Shown here: positions 37,423-52,287 of the stretch, one piece after another
Layout: each line of letters starts with the position of its first letter
Numbering within the stretch: position 1 is the first letter of the stretch
Assembly: GCA_030704615.1 (NCBI GenBank)
Contig: CM060733.1
Coordinates: 19,778,001 to 19,842,000 of the forward strand
Reading direction: 5' to 3'
DNA from: Takakia lepidozioides
Lineage: Eukaryota > Plantae > Bryophyta
DNA length: 64,000 bases
Position numbers and translations under genes: made by a program
The notes under the pieces: generated by a model
What the model saw: only the letters and a program-made list of their open reading frames with translations
The model's database searches: none
What the model was told of the DNA's origin: nothing

Positions 37423-40400
37423 ATGGATGTAATAGAATCTCCCGAAGATTTGTGTCTACTTCAAGAAGGAATGCGTGGAATGGACACAGAAGATGAGAGG
37501 AACGGGATAACTCATTCACCAGTTGAGAACTGCAGGGCGGAAGAAGGGAAAGCAGCAGGTTGTTCAAGCAGTCCTAGAAGTGACTCCATCTTGATGACTA
37601 GAACCATAGGGTCTCAAGGAACCTGTCTAAGGAACGATGTTACCAATGGAGGGACGGATTGTAAAAGCTTTGGAAGCATTCGAGAACTTGGAGTGGTACT
37701 TGAAGATGACGTTTGTTCACCCTCTGGTCAAGACATTGGGAAAGGTCACTGGATGGCATTAGAGCGCTGCGTGGCAGCATCGACCAAGGGTTTTGTGATT
37801 GGGGCAGGTCTCCGGGGCGGTCTCGCCCTTTTCGCCATTCTCACTCGCCTGAGAAGAAGATCGGCCAGGTGAGTGTACCAAATACAATTGCGTCTTAATT
37901 TTGGACTGGATCGAAGAAATTAGCTGGAAACGTCACCTCACGTGAAAAGTCTAAACCATAAAACAGCAATTTCTATTTACCTACATACTTCCATAGAATT
38001 GGAATAAGCTGTCTGGAAGAAATCGATGCAAATTAGGCAAGTAGAGGTGCTGCCTCAGGACTCGTCTCATTGAGAGCGGATGGAAAGTTACCCTCTAGTT
38101 GATGGGTCTCTGAACATATTTTCTGTCCTCCTCTATTTCTCCAGACAGTTCCATCATATATTGTCCTCATAAGACTTTGTTTGCAGTAGCCTATTGTCCA
38201 TGCTCAAGTCTATCAAGTCCTGGTGTGGTCTTTATGAGAAGATGGCTGACAACAAGGGGTTGCACGATGGTCTTTTACAGTAATTACTCTTAGAACCTGG
38301 TGACAGCTGTCTTGTAGTTAATAACTCCATCCAAAAACCTCTTAGAAACTTTATGGATAGGGTGCAGTGCTTAGTTCACTGTAGATATGTAACTCATATC
38401 CTCAGAGTGACACTGCCAAGTCAATCTGCTCCAAGAAGACAACATGAGCTGAGTTTTTGATCGGTTGCAGAGCCAAAGTGCTGGATTTACGTGGCAAGAC
38501 AAACACGGAAGCAATTATTGCTGCATTGAAAGAGACATTGCGCTATGGTCTGTTTTTGGGAACATTTGCAGGAGCGTTCTGCACTGTTGATGAAGCCATT
38601 GCTGCTATGGGAGGCTGTCGCAGGTCTTGTTACGGCACCTTATGTTATTTCTATGCTATAGAACTCCGTGTGAGTACAACATTCTTGCAGGCAATAAACA
38701 GGAGCACCTGGCATTGTGATTGTGAGGTAGAGTTTGTATTTGGCAGTCATTGCTGCAGGGTATCCAGTCTAGAAACACCCAGAGAGGAAGATTAAGAACT
38801 TCAATTCCTGTTCAGTATAACACACTCTTCAGCTTTATCTTACAATGTTCAGTTTCTTTATGTGTAGAACTGCGAGATGGAGATCATTGGCTGCGGGGGC
38901 AGTTGCGGGCCCTTCGTTGTTGTTAACAGGCCACAAAATAAGGCACACTAGCATGGCTGTCTACATTCTGATGCGTGCAGCAGTTCTAGCTACTCGGTGT
39001 GGGATCAAGAATGAGCAAGCTGGGTGGCTATTTCGCCCTCTGTCATGGAAGCACGGTGACACATTTTTGATGTGCTTGTCGTCTTCGCAGATTCTGTATG
39101 TAAGACGTTTCACTCTCTTTTAGGCACTTCCCGTGGACGTAACAAATGTATTCTCTCTTTCTTTGTCTGTGTCACTTCCTTCTTCTTTGTCGAAGCATTA
39201 GCATCTCGATCAGTCTTGAAACATATTGGTCCCACAGATAGCCGCATATCTTCCATTTTAAGTTCTGAAACGTTAGCCAGTGGCTTTTTCATATTATGTA
39301 GATTGAAATTGCTTTCATAGTGTCTGGTTCTTTGTTTGTTTCACAAACAAACGATCCAGCACACGTTGCTTGTAGAATGTGTGTTAAGTGTTGACTGTTT
39401 ATGCCTTGGTAAATGTAAATTTTGCCTGGAACAGAACAGCTGAGAGCACCTGACTCCCCTTGTTTGGATTGCTCTCTTCCTGCTTTCTGCTTCTCCTGTG
39501 CTTCTGGGAGGGATGAAGATACTGTAAAAAATCTAAAGTAGAGGGACACAAAATGTGTTCCACATATTAATGCTTCTTTCACCTTGCCCTATAGGTCGGC
39601 CTGGATTCTGAAGCCAGACAGTCTTCCCTCATCATACATCTCATTCCTCAACAAGCATGGTGGCAAAGATGTATCGATTGTTAGAGGTATCAAGGAGCTG
39701 GCTCTCAAGATGGAGCCTTACTCGGCACTCAAAGTTATTGAGGAGCACTATAAGACAAATGGTGTTGACATCAAACTTGATCCCGATATGTCCATTCCCT
39801 GCACGGTAATAATGCAGCCCACTGCCAGGAGGTAATGTTGAAACAGAGTCAAATGCATTATTTCTGGTGCATTCACCAGCTCAACCAGGACTAAAATTTG
39901 TGAAGGTTGAGCTTCTGTGTGCCGGTTTTCACAGAATGGGTATGTTTTGTGTTTTCTGTGTTGATACGGCAGATGGTACATGGAAATCAAGGATGTGTGT
40001 CACATTTTTTTTCCTTCTTGGGGCAAGCATATTTGCGATCATTACCCGTCTATCTACCAGTTTACCTTGTTCCTGCTCTTCTTGTTCATCGGCAAGCACT
40101 CTTTGCAAGGTAAGGGGAATATCTTTTAGCTCTTCAGCTTGAAGGCAGGTTGTTAAAGCTCTGTGTTACTATGTCTGCATTTGGAGGTGGTGGTAAATCA
40201 ATACCTTGCTGCAATCTTTTGCTTCATCGATTATCTTTTATTGCCCTCCTTGCTAGGTCTCTTGTTAGGCCCCCTTTCTTTGAACCAGGGAAGAATGTGT
40301 GGGCATTCAGCAGACAAGCAAGAGTTACCCAGGGCAGAATGGGGAAGATATGATCGACATCGACCTCTAATCCTGGACAGAGTCTCACTGCATGCGCCAT

Positions 40401-41851
40401 GAAATACACGCCTCTCTCTGTTTCTCTCTTATAGCAGAGAGGCTACAGCCCAGATCAAAGCTTTATTAGAAAACTTGTGTCACAAAACACCTTGACAAAG
40501 CTGAGAAATACCATGAAGGCAAGAAGCTGCAAAGGTGGGACAACCTGAACGCAGGAAATGCACAACCTTTCCCACTTGAAATCATTTGGGAAAAGATCAG
40601 TTTACTGTGTACTGGCTTGTCTTCATCATGCTGCAGGCCTCTTCCCATTCTCTTAAGGGTGCTGCTGGGCACAGCTAGATCCAGCCTTTTCCTCGCTGTT
40701 TATACTTCCTCTGCATGGTAAGCAACTGACCAATCTTTTTTTTTCTTCTTTTTTACCCTGCATGTCTACTTGATCTCCTCTTGAAACAGTGTATCAGACC
40801 ATTCTCCAGTTATGCTCTGTTTGTTGGAGTCCCAACTTCCTTATCTTTCTGCCTGTGCTTTGGGTGTGTCTCCATTTGCAATGGCACCTTTTTATCGTTT
40901 AGTTTTCTTTTTCCTGGCTCTCTGCAGACCAGAAGCAATGGAGAAAGATTGGCCTGATAGTCCCCCTGTCTCATGTTGACAGGTCCTGGACATGTGCCTT
41001 ATTCAGGGCCACAGGGATGTGCAACTCGTCACTTGTTGCAGCAGGAACTGTACGGATCTTTTGCTTTTGCTTCTCCATGGTACTCTAGTCTTGATGATCT
41101 TTTCTGTTAATTTTTCCTGGTCTGTATCGATACACTGTTATTGTCTTGTGTATGGCCTATACTGTATAGAGAGAAAGCCAAAGAGAGCCAGCATTTAGTA
41201 TCATGAAAATTTGGCAGGTTTGCACTCGGAACCTTTCCTCAAATACAGCTTCAAATACTCTCATATTTTAGGCACCTGTTCAAGCATGACTCATCTGGAT
41301 GGAATCAGGTCATCTGTTCTGAGATTGGTGGACCAAGTTAGAGTTCAATGTTGATTCCTGTGCAGGCAGCTCTCTTTTTGGTAGAGGCTGGTAACATGGG
41401 TTACATTTTTCATGCATTTACTGACGCAAATCTGTCCATTGTTTGACAGTTTCCAGTTGGGTTAGCTTTAATGATAGAGAAGAAGTCGCGGCGCCAGGAG
41501 CTAGCACTGTACTGCCTAGCGCGAGCAATTGAGAGTTTTGCCATCTGTGTCACTGACTGGGGGCTACTTCAACGCTACAATTTGACACCCCCTAAACGAA
41601 TCGATGTGATCCTCTTCAGCATAGCGACATCCATCATTATGCACTGCTATGCTCAAGAGCGCGATGTCTTTCGGTCAAAGTACCTCAATGTTCTTGACTG
41701 GGTGTTCGGGCTCCCTGACGGGGCTACACCATATTCACCTGCTTGGTCCACTTCTGTGTCTGTAGATGTCAGGCCACAAGCTTTTCCCTCTAAATCTGGA
41801 GGTGAAATTTCTGGTCCCAAGACAGGTGAACCAAGAGATACTGCAGAATGA
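37423..41851 (+). CDS. TMEM135-like (Tim17 superfamily) membrane protein, multi-exon
   Basis: KGFVIGAGLRGGLALF, ETLRYGLFLGTFAG, WRSLAAGAVAGPSLLLTG, HGDTFLMCLSSSQIL, SYISFLNKHGGKD, AYLRSLPVYLPVYLVPALLVHRQ, IEKKSRRQELALYC, FRSKYLNVLDWVFG. Confidence 0.9.
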
Positions 41852-43854
41852 GGGTATCCCATTTGAGGAATGGAGAAGGCTGTGCGATGATAGATGATTG
41901 TTTGGCAGGATGTGAGCCTACAACTGTCTGGGAACTGAAACCAATATCGCTCTGCAGAACTTCTACCCCAGTATAGCTCTTTTAGTCTCACACAATGGGG
42001 AGGAGGGCAACTTTCTGTTATGCTGTGTGCAGTTGAGTTGTTATGAGACTTCAGTCTAGCCTATTTTTGTCTTCCACTATTTGAGCAGGTAAGTCAAAGA
42101 GGAGCATGCGTCTTCAAAGTGGAAGTGGATGGACACAGCAGGACTAATATGAACTGGTTTCTGACTGTGAGTAGCATTAGCCCATTCATTTGAAGATTAT
42201 GATGGAATTGATCTTAAGATACTGCGTGGCTGCCATTGGCCACTACTCTTTTATACTCTATGCCGTAACTGATACCTCATTTTGAACTATTTCAGTAGAT
42301 TTTGATCCGAGTGTTAATTCTTCAAGTTTATACTTTGAAGGTGTTCATTGGCTTTTGAAGACAGCAGGATTTCTTGAGGCCGAGTGTTCCTAGGGAAGAG
42401 GTGGTTAAACTGCATTGTGATGTGCCACCTGAGAGAACAGTCACGTTTGCATCATCACCACACCCTGCTACTGTTCTTAATCCTTGTTTGTCATAGAGAA
42501 ACATAGGAAAAGGACTGTGAAGTGTAACCGTGATGAGTCCCTTTTCATGATGAGTCCCTTCTTTGCTATCCTTCTCACATGACAATTCAAGCTGAACGTC
42601 ACTTGTGCAACAGTATGATACCACTGCGAACCCACAGCTGGTATGGACGTGTTTATGGCACATTGCTGGGCTCCTCAACTTTGACCTCCCGTTTGCCAGT
42701 TCTCAGCCTCTTGTATCATCTGAATGGACATGAGTACTTCTTAAGCACTCCAATTATCGATCTGCACTCCAGTGCCTAGTTTCGCCTCTAGAAAGCTCTC
42801 ATGATCTCGGGTCTCAGCCTTCCCACGAAATCTTCTACGCTGTTCAGGAAAAACCTGCTGAACTTATCAAAAGAGGCTTGAACACGCTGCTTGTTCTCTT
42901 GCTTGATTCAGTCCAACCTCATTTTGATCTCAGCCATACCGACTGTACCAAATTTCGTAGCTATGGCAGTCTGAAAATCAGGCCAATTATCTGGTCTATC
43001 GTTCTGTTTTCTATACCACACGATCGGCCTTGGATCGCAGGTTTAGCGTTGCAACCTTAACCCCTAAGTTTTTGGGGGTCCACCTCAAAAATGGGACCCA
43101 CTGACACCTTCCAGGCCATATCTGCCAATAGGAGTTCATCCACGGAAATGAACCTTACTAAGTGGCAGTTACCTACTAGATGCAGGCACTGTGCAGGAAG
43201 AATTGACCGTTCCGTTTGGGAGATTATAATAATTTACCAGGGGTTTTTTTTCAACTCCAAGAAAGTTTTTAGGGAAAAATATTGTTTGACCAAGCAAATT
43301 TTCCCTGACAGAGATTTTTTCTGGGAGCCTGACCAACTCAAACACAATCTTTGCAGGGTTACACATGTTCTCAAGAAATTTGAGGGCAAAATTCCCCAAA
43401 AAAAATATGGCACCTTTGTATGTGCAATGGGGGGGGTTTCAATGGAAGAAAAACTACACTGCAAAAGGTAGCTCCTGGAGTTTTTACAAAATCAAGTTTC
43501 CTTTGGTGCAATCCTGCAGGGCCCACGGGGCAAGAAGAATGCCCAAATTTTTTTTCCAAAAAACAAAAAATTGCTCTGTAGATGGGTTTTTTTGTGACTT
43601 TTCCAGGGTTGTCCGAAAACCACGTCGGCAGGTCAACTCTAGCGACCTCGGATCCATCTATCTGGGGTACCCTGATCTTTTGAAAAATCTTAGTGGGCTG
43701 AGTTTTGGGTTTTTGGGGCGCAGTAAAGTGGAGCGTGTGGCATTAATTCCAGCGCTCATTTTCCATTCAGACACTTTTTTCATCTGTTTTCATTCATAGA
43801 AGTTATTCCGTGGATGAAAACGGCTGCGACCCGATTCAGGTCGCCGGCCTTTAG

Positions 43855-45002
43855 GGGTCTCTCTCCCTATCATTTTCTCCAAATGTTGCAGTGAACTCGG
43901 ACATGAATGCTTCAAAATTGTATAGTAAATGCAATTTTTTTTCTAATAGCGGTGCAAACCAAGATAGGGCAGTGTCTGATAGAATGGTGCCCACGAATCC
44001 CACTTGAATACCTTCATCGGGGTAGCGTTGTGGATGTAGTCGTAAGAACAGTTGTATTTGTTGAACAAAACCGCGAAATCTTGATCTCGTCCCATCAAAT
44101 TTCTCGGGCATGCTGATCTTTGGTTCTCTTGTAATTTGTTGAAGATGAACCGTTGTAGTAGAAACTTGTATGGTTGAAGATCCATTGTTCGACTCCTTTA
44201 ACTCTGAAATTTGTTGTTGCAAATTGTGGAGAGTGTTGTCAAGATCTTGAGACTGATCAGCTTGTAATTGGGCGGTAGAGGTACGAAGTTCTTACATCTG
44301 GAGCTGAAGACTCTACAATGTGGCGACCATTTCCGCAAATGTGCCTTCCATCTTAACTAACTAAGGAACAAACTTTAATCTCGCCAAACTGTCAAGGACG
44401 AGAACATGACTGAAATACAAACAAGAGATCAGACTAGAGGTACAAGACTAGACAAGAAGTCAAGGTCGACGTGGCCGAATGCATGATGAGTAAATATGAA
44501 TCAAAACGATCTTTATAACAATGAACAAGAGTACAAGATATTGGAACACGACTTGAATACTTGAATGCTGGAAACTGGACTGGAGTACCAGATACGGAAA
44601 CTGGGCTAGAGTACTGAGAACTGGAAATAAAAGTAACTTAAACTGGTGTTGGCGAGGCTGAAGAGTGTCCAGTCCCGCCTCCTATATATACTGGCTACTA
44701 GGAGGTTCTCTAAGAGGCTTCCCCAAATGAGGTTTCTTTATAGAGAAGTTTCCAAGGTTAAACAAATTTTTCTTAATGGAGAAGTTTCCTTAAACAAATG
44801 AGGTATCTTGATGAAGAAGTTTCCTTCAAAAGAAGCTTCCTGAGCAGTTTCCCAAGTTACTCTCGATAATTTGGTAAACTTTTGGTAACTTGATAACTAA
44901 TGGTAACTTATAGTAAATCATGGTAGATCATGGTAGATCACGGTAACTTTGTAACTTTTGGTATTTATTCCTGATAAGTTCCTCTGGGCTATGTCTGTGA
45001 CA
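43855..45002 (-). mobile_element. Tcn1-like chromovirus 5' end: LTR (44390-45002) plus truncated gag
   Basis: LTR TGTCA..TGACA. Gag starts at ATG ~44351, has early TAG/TAA stops, then EPKISMPEKFDGTRSRFRGF..YPDE..LSDTALSWF. Confidence 0.9.
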
Positions 45003-45682
45003 CCCTCCGATGAAGCTAAGCTATTTCACATGATGCCACTGCAGTTATGACTGACGATCGCCCCAGTTGTTTCCGCTATCCTAGAGGAAATGGGATTGTT
45101 GTCCAGTTACCACTTGGAAACAAAGGCATTCCACTGGAGGTTGTGGTCTCACCTGGGTTTGCTTTCTGGCTATAAACTTAAGCAGTTTGCATACGGCTGT
45201 ATGCTGTTTGAATTGCTGGATTTTAAACTTCATTTCTTTTTCTTTCACGGCATCTCGTCTTCGTGTTTTATGTGGTTCATTAAGGGCATGTTTTGGACAC
45301 ATATTTTGTCTTCTTTCCCACAAATCTGTTGAATATGTCGACTCTAGAACTGAGAAAAGGTTACACCTATGGTGATTAGCTTGAGATGGTAATCCTGAGT
45401 GTGACACAGAACTTACCTTTGACACCCCTAGTCTGGCCATGATAAGGGTAAGTAACCCTCACTTAACCTATTATGAAGTATCTATCCAAACCTATCTGCA
45501 AAGAGGACCTGCCATAAACTGGTGGTGGTGGTTCAAAACCCTTCTAGTCAATGTTCTCTTTGTTCATTCTTTGATCAAATTCCCCATCTGTGCAGGTTGG
45601 AATAGGAAGGTACAGACCCTTTTGGGATATGGGACAATGCTTCAGAATTGTCTGGCAGCACATTCCAGCTAGCAAGGGAACA

Positions 45683-47010
45683 CACTAGAAGAAAAACGCG
45701 GAATAACCACTTTATTAACCACTCATTTTGAGTGGTAAAAGACACTAAACCACTCTGGCCCTAGAGTGATGAAGAACTAGTGGATTAGGACAATTGAGTG
45801 GTAAAAGACATTACGTGGCACCAGTGGTTAAGGACAGTGGTTCGAACCACTCACGTCCGGGTCCACCTGTTAGCTGACGTGTCACTGAGGTAAACCAACC
45901 ACTTATGACGTATCACAGTGGTAAACTGACGTGTCATAGTGGTAAAGTAACCACTTCTGTCTTGTAGTGGAGACGTGTAAGCCGGTGGTCCGTGGATGAT
46001 ATTGGAGATTATGTCGACACGTGGCGACACTCTCAGCATGGACACGTGTCGTCTGTCAATGCTACGAAATGGATGGAGTGAAAAATTCACTAACTTCCGA
46101 AACCACTTGTTGAGTGATCACAAAATGACTCATAGAGTCATTCTATGAAAACTGAGAATATACAATATCACTCACAGAGTGGTTATGTGAGTGGATGACG
46201 TCTCTTAGCAGGTCATTGGAATGATTACCCACAGAGTGGTGTGTAAGCTATTTGAGTCATTCATGGTGTCTATCTGAGTGGGAACTATGGATTGGAGTGA
46301 TTACTAACAGAGTGGTGTGTAAGTGATTAGGAATACCACTGGAGGAATTCATACCACTAGTACAGTAATATATATGTGACTACTTATACCACTATACGAG
46401 TGGTAATGTAGGCAATTGTGTGCATTGGGCTACTCCCACAGTTTTAAATTATACCACTATTACAATGATGTGCAAGTGATTATGAACATGACTAGAGGAA
46501 CACATACCACTAGTGTAGTGAAAGAAGTACCATTGGGGATTCAAGCTCCACAAAATAGAATAGAATCCCAGAGAGTTAAGTGCTGGAACACTGTCAACAA
46601 AATCCAGCCATGATAAAAGTCTGAGCCTAACTTCTACACGGCGCCTCCGCATGCATGCTAGGAACAGTGAACTGCTTTCCTGCCTTCTTCTCACTGCCGG
46701 CAATGTCTATGCCCGAGCGAACGAAATCTAAGCCCTCTTCATGTTCTTCTCTGGCCAAAGACAATTCAAACCGATGACATCCTCCAACATTGTTTGCAGT
46801 GGGACCTCTTCCTCGTTAGGGTGAGGCAAGACACAATTGGCAATATAGATATCATTCACCTCCACCCACCACAATCCTTCAGGTACAACACGGCAGTGAT
46901 ATGTGTCTTTGCCAGGCACACCAGTGACAATTCCACTAGCAGCCCTGTGTCGTGGTAAATGAGGATCATACAGGCTGATTTTGTCCTTCAACTTAAATTG
47001 CATACAGCAC
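45683..47010. mobile_element. CACTA (En/Spm) element end with subterminal repeats and a transposon-associated domain exon (46728-47003, minus strand)
   Basis: CACTAGAAGAAAA at 45683 is followed by many accact/agtggt motifs in both orientations. The ORF segment ASGIVTG..HCRVVPEGLWWVEV..LPHP resembles the En/Spm Tnp1/DUF8039-type domain. The other TIR was not found. Confidence 0.6.
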
Positions 47011-49299
47011 CCACCATAAAACCCACATTAATCAACCCATAAAGACTTACATGTACATTGAAAACTAGATAATGAGGACCATCCAGTATAAGCAATCACT
47101 CAAAAGTGTAGAGTACTTTTGGTAGCATAAGAATATCTGCCACTGTGGTAGGGGGTCGCCTTTGAAGGCGCCATAGTTGGTGCACTGTCGGTGGCAATAT
47201 CAAGAGTGGATTTCTCAGCCTGCAAACATCACGCCCAACACCCCTTAGCAGTTACATTTAGCAATGCATCTACTAATAGTTTGAAGTACCCAACATGTAA
47301 ATGGCCACATTGTACATAACTGATAGCTAACAGTTGCATGCATGCTCACCTCTAGTACGGAAACTGCTGCATGGAGAGGTGCCTCGTGAGGCCCACCTGA
47401 CTCTTACTCCCGCTAGAACTTGGTGTTATGTCACCATTTGCATCAGTCAAGGACTTTGTGCCTTTGGCAGCAGTGGCTCTGGTTACACGCTTTCCTTTTC
47501 ACATGTACTTCTTCTCAGCTCCCTTCACGATGGCTGGGGCAGGGTCCGCTGCTTTAGTCCCCTTCTACATGCAACAACACAAGGTTAGTGCATGAGTACG
47601 TCTTACCATACCTGATGCATAGAATTCATGGCACACACCAATAAATAGATCATTCATCATGTTTTCAGAGTCAAAAACAGAAAGCCCAAGGACAAGAACC
47701 AAGATAAAGTCTTTGAGGGCGTACCTCTTTCTGTGGGGAAGTTGGCTTCATATGCTGATCTGCCAACCCCCTACTGTCACCCTTACCAGCACTCTCGGTG
47801 GAGCAGACGTCCTCACAACAGCCAATATTTCCCGCCAGCTCCACCTCCCTTCTTACGTGGCAATTTATCAGGAATTCCCTTGCGCCCCAATATTACTTGT
47901 TTTACCACAAGGTCCTCAATGGCAGACGACTTTGGCTTTTCCCCAACCTCAAGAGGTTCTCCCTGCACCCAAGCAAAACATACCAGAGCAGTAAACTTCA
48001 AAGTCAACTAACACTGAATGGATGACAACCACAAAAATAAGTTGGGGTGAAGGTGCACAAACCACCTTCTCCGTAGCAGTCTTGCCTCCCAAGCCTGCGT
48101 CGGAATCGCAAGGTTCAATAATAGTACATATTGGGATAGTAGTTGGAGGAGGAGCGGTTGCTGACATTCCCAACATCATTGCCATCAATGCATCCAGTTG
48201 CAGCCTAACACAAGCCCCTCCACCCCCACAAAGTTAGCAATTATGGAAAATAAGGTCAACCGGGCAACGAGCAAGGTCGACAGTTTGTGAACGCATACAA
48301 ACCTTGGTCCAACGTGCCAAAAAAAGTTTGGCATCCAATGGCGTGAATGCATGGAATGTCATGCTCTGGCACCATAGCAATGTCCCACATCTATTCAGTA
48401 TTAAAACCCTAACACATGTTCCATACATAGTCCAATTCGTAAGCCATTCATCTTTCTAACAAGGTTTCCAGGTCATTCACATTTAGGAAAGAACCTTGGT
48501 TTGATATATAACATTTACCACCATATATGCAGATTGTAAACTTATCACAAACGCAGATTGCAGGTCTAGAGATAAATCTCCGGAACCAGGCTCAAAGCAT
48601 ATCAGGTTCGAAATGAAACAATCAGCCACTCATGCCTTAAGTTCATGAGGTTTTTACCTCGGTTGTCCCACCATTGACTGGGGTCAGAAAAGTATTCATT
48701 CCACAGCTTCTCCTCGTCTCAGCTGTTATCTGTTTCTGGATACTTCCCTGTTGTCACATTGGCAGTAGCATGTCAAAGTCGCTCCAAACTATCAAAGGCT
48801 CACTCAACCAGCTAACTTGCAGAATTCAACATGAAAATTTAGGGCCGATTCAATGCAGATCAAACGAAACCTCTCACGTAACAACCAACCTCTGCCATAC
48901 CTTTTTTTGGGTCCAGAAGATCGGGATGATGCCACTGGAATCATTTGCGAACGTGTTGAGTCCAAGTCAAATGAAGAGATGCAAGGAGAAGAAGCTCGTC
49001 ACCTGGTATAGCCTAACAAGAGAGGCATGCATTTCTTGACTATATGTACACGGTAAAGAAACCGAAACCGAATTTAAATCCAGGTTAGTTTTTTCCCTCA
49101 AAGGATTTGAATTTAAGGATCCTAAATTTTGGATTGTTTGCAGCAAGAGATAGCGGAGACAGGCTTGAAGGCGAAGGCCGAATACTACGCCACTCACGCA
49201 GAGGAGGAGAGGTCTGCTGTAGGGGTGGCGGAAGCAATCAGGTTTGAGATGGATAACATGTGAAATGTGTTGAAGAAGGTGCCTTCATTACCAGTGCCT

Positions 49300-51320
49300 G
49301 AGTTTATACATTTCCAGCTTTGGTGATGCAACCATGCACCTCCGATGCCCTTTTCCAGGGCTGCCAAGCTTGCACACGCACTGCAAACGCACACAAACAT
49401 GATGTGGTCGAACTTCACCCCTTCCCCCATCATTTGCTTTCAGGTCTCCAAAGCCCCATACAGCGCCCTTGCTCTGCACACCCTGCAAACATCACATTCC
49501 ACAACACCACATCTCATTCAGCCATAGTGTTGCTTGGCATCCTCAATGCTACCATATTTGGCATACATGGCCACCAGAGCAGTGTTCAAGATGACATCTG
49601 GAACAATTGCAGATTTGATCATGTCACCAGGGATCTCTTTGCCCTTTTCCAGGGCTGCCAGACACACTGCAAACACACACAAACCTTATGTCGGCGGGCT
49701 TCACCCCTTCCCCCATCATTTGCTCATAGGTTGGAGCCTCCATCCTGCACCCGTGCTGTGCATACCCCGCAAGCATCGCACTCCACGACACCACATCTCG
49801 TTCAGCCATAGTGTTGAACACTCCCTTGGCATCCTCGATGCACCCACATTTGGCATACATGTCCACCAGGGCAGGGGCAGTGTTCAGAATGACATCTGGT
49901 AATCTGACAAACATTCTCCTTTTAGAATTGTTTCAGCAAATGCCCCAACCCTACTGACTTAGAGGCTGTAGTGTCCAAAGCCATGTCCGTTTCCAGAAAA
50001 TTGTCTGATGAAAATGAAGTTAGGCAGAAAACTCCCCTGGACTTGTTTCCGGTCTGTGACATGGGGGAGGACATCATGGATGACCTCAAGGGTCTACCCA
50101 CTCTCGGCACCAGACTGAAATTTAAACTAAGGGCATGAATCCTACCTTTGAATAGCAAACAGAAGCAGAGAGGAAAGGGAGTGTGCAATTGCACCCAACT
50201 CAACTTATCACACTAGTTCCTATGGTCAATTGCATCTGCTACACTCTGTAATCTTACAGGCATTCACCTTTTTGCCTCGGTTGTCCCACCAGTTACTGGG
50301 GTCAGAAAAGTATTCATCCCCACAGCTTCTTCTCATATATGTTACCTGTTTTTGGATACTTAGGGACGACTCTGATAGCAGGGGAATTCAGGGTGAAATA
50401 TGTTGAAGAAGGTACCTTCATTAGCAGTGGGCCTTGTTCTATCAATTGCGTTGCTGCCATTGCTATTTCCAGTTGACCATCTACCCACTCGTAGCCGTTG
50501 TGCTATTGAAGAAGGTGCCCCCCCTTCCCCCATCATTTGCTCATAGCTCTCCAAAGCCTCTATCCCACGTCCCTGCCGTGCATACCATGCAAGCATCGCA
50601 CCCACGACACCACATCTTGTTCAGCCATAGTGTCGAACACTCCCTTTGTATCCTAGATGCACCCACATTTTGCAAACATGTTCACCGGGGTTTTGTTCAT
50701 AATGACATCTGGTACAATAATAACTCTGAAGATGTCGCCATGCACCTCTTTCCCCTAAGCTGCCAGGGCAGTGTTTAGATTGACATTTGGCACAATTCCA
50801 GCTTTGATGATATCCCCATGCACCTCTTGCCCTTCTCCAGGCCGGCTGTCAGGCTTGCACAAGCATTCCAAATGCACACAAACATGATGTGCTTCCCGCA
50901 TCATTTGCTCATAGCTCTCCAAAGCTTCCATCCCACGTCCCTACCGTGCATACCCTGCAAGCATCGCACTCCACGACACCACATCTCGTTCAGCCATAGT
51001 GTCGAACACTCCCTTTGCATCCTAAATGCACCCACATTTTGAAACATGTTCACCAGGGTATTGTTCAGAATGACATCTGGTACAATTCCAACCCTAAAGA
51101 TGTCGCTATGGACCTCTTTCCCCTTTTCCAAAGTTGTTAGGGCAGTGTTCAGATTGACATTTGGCACAATTCCAGCTTTGATGATATCCCCATGCACCTC
51201 TTGCTCTTCTCCAGGGCTGCCAGGCTTGCACAAGAATTGCAAATGCACACAAACATGATGTGCTTCCCCCAGGCTCATAGGTCTCCAAAGCCTCCATCCC
51301 ACGTCCTTGCCGTGCATACA
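49300..51320 (-). pseudogene. Several tandem fragments of PLS-class pentatricopeptide repeat coding sequence
   Basis: Repeated DVILNTALVDMYAKCG.IEDAKGVFNTMAERDVVSWSAMLAGYAQHG and FVCVCSACASLAALEKG, with many frameshifts. Confidence 0.85.
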
Positions 51321-52287
51321 CTGGTGTCTCTCTTCCCTGATTCTCTCCCCAGCACGAGGGTTGGACAGCCCAAATCAGAAAGAGTCAGGTAAAATTACTT
51401 ATATCTGAATTCTAACTCGTCCTTTTGTTTTCCTTAGTACTAGATCTGATGTTCTTGTTTTACTCCAGGCCAAAAAATCTGCGGATTATGACCTTCCTGT
51501 CAAACGATGTCTTCATTGGAAATCTATTTCGAGGTAATCCCTTTGTTACGTGTGAATTTCATTCAGGATTTGGAGTGCTCAAGGGAAAATTTCCATTCTG
51601 TTCCCCTTCTCCGCAACCCTTTGGACGAAGACAAGGACGAAACTTCAATTACAACTTCTCGGCTTCCCGACCCTGCAGTGTTGGCGCAATGTTCTGCACC
51701 GATGAAGCGGAATAGGGCCCCGAAACCATTTCCATCTCTTCTACAAATCGGTTCCACCAGAGAGAAGTTTGTCTTCAGAGACAGAGTAGACTCGAGGAAG
51801 AAAATGAATACCTCGGACATACTGGGGTCTCGTCAAAACACGTCCGTTGGGATCCTAAGTCTGCAAGCGAGACTTTCAAATAAGGCGACATCGGTATTAT
51901 TCGATATCATTTCTCCACTTTATTCTCTTTTCTGTTCGTTTGGTTCTGCACGAATTAACTCTATTTTTTCTCAACAGGCAGGGATGCAGCACGATACCTT
52001 CATCAATTTCGCTCCGTACAAGGTACTGTCTTCAACCACCATTTGGCAGTCGACATTCATCTTCTTAGCAATATTAACCCTCCTCTTGAAACATTCGAAG
52101 CCCACAACATGTACAAGATTTTGCCTCTTTTTGCACAATCGTGTTGATCTTCCATACACTCACTCAATCATTCTGGGTCATGGGTATTTTCATGGAAAAA
52201 ACACTAATGTCAGTGTGTGTTTAAATTCCTCAGGATAACTTTGTCTCTCATCCTAAGTTACATGCAACAGCGGGGAAGAGGAAACAG

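Noticed and set aside
51507-52238. 243-aa ORF as a gene
   Set aside because: No recognisable motif; the 3' part reads like intron or low-complexity sequence.
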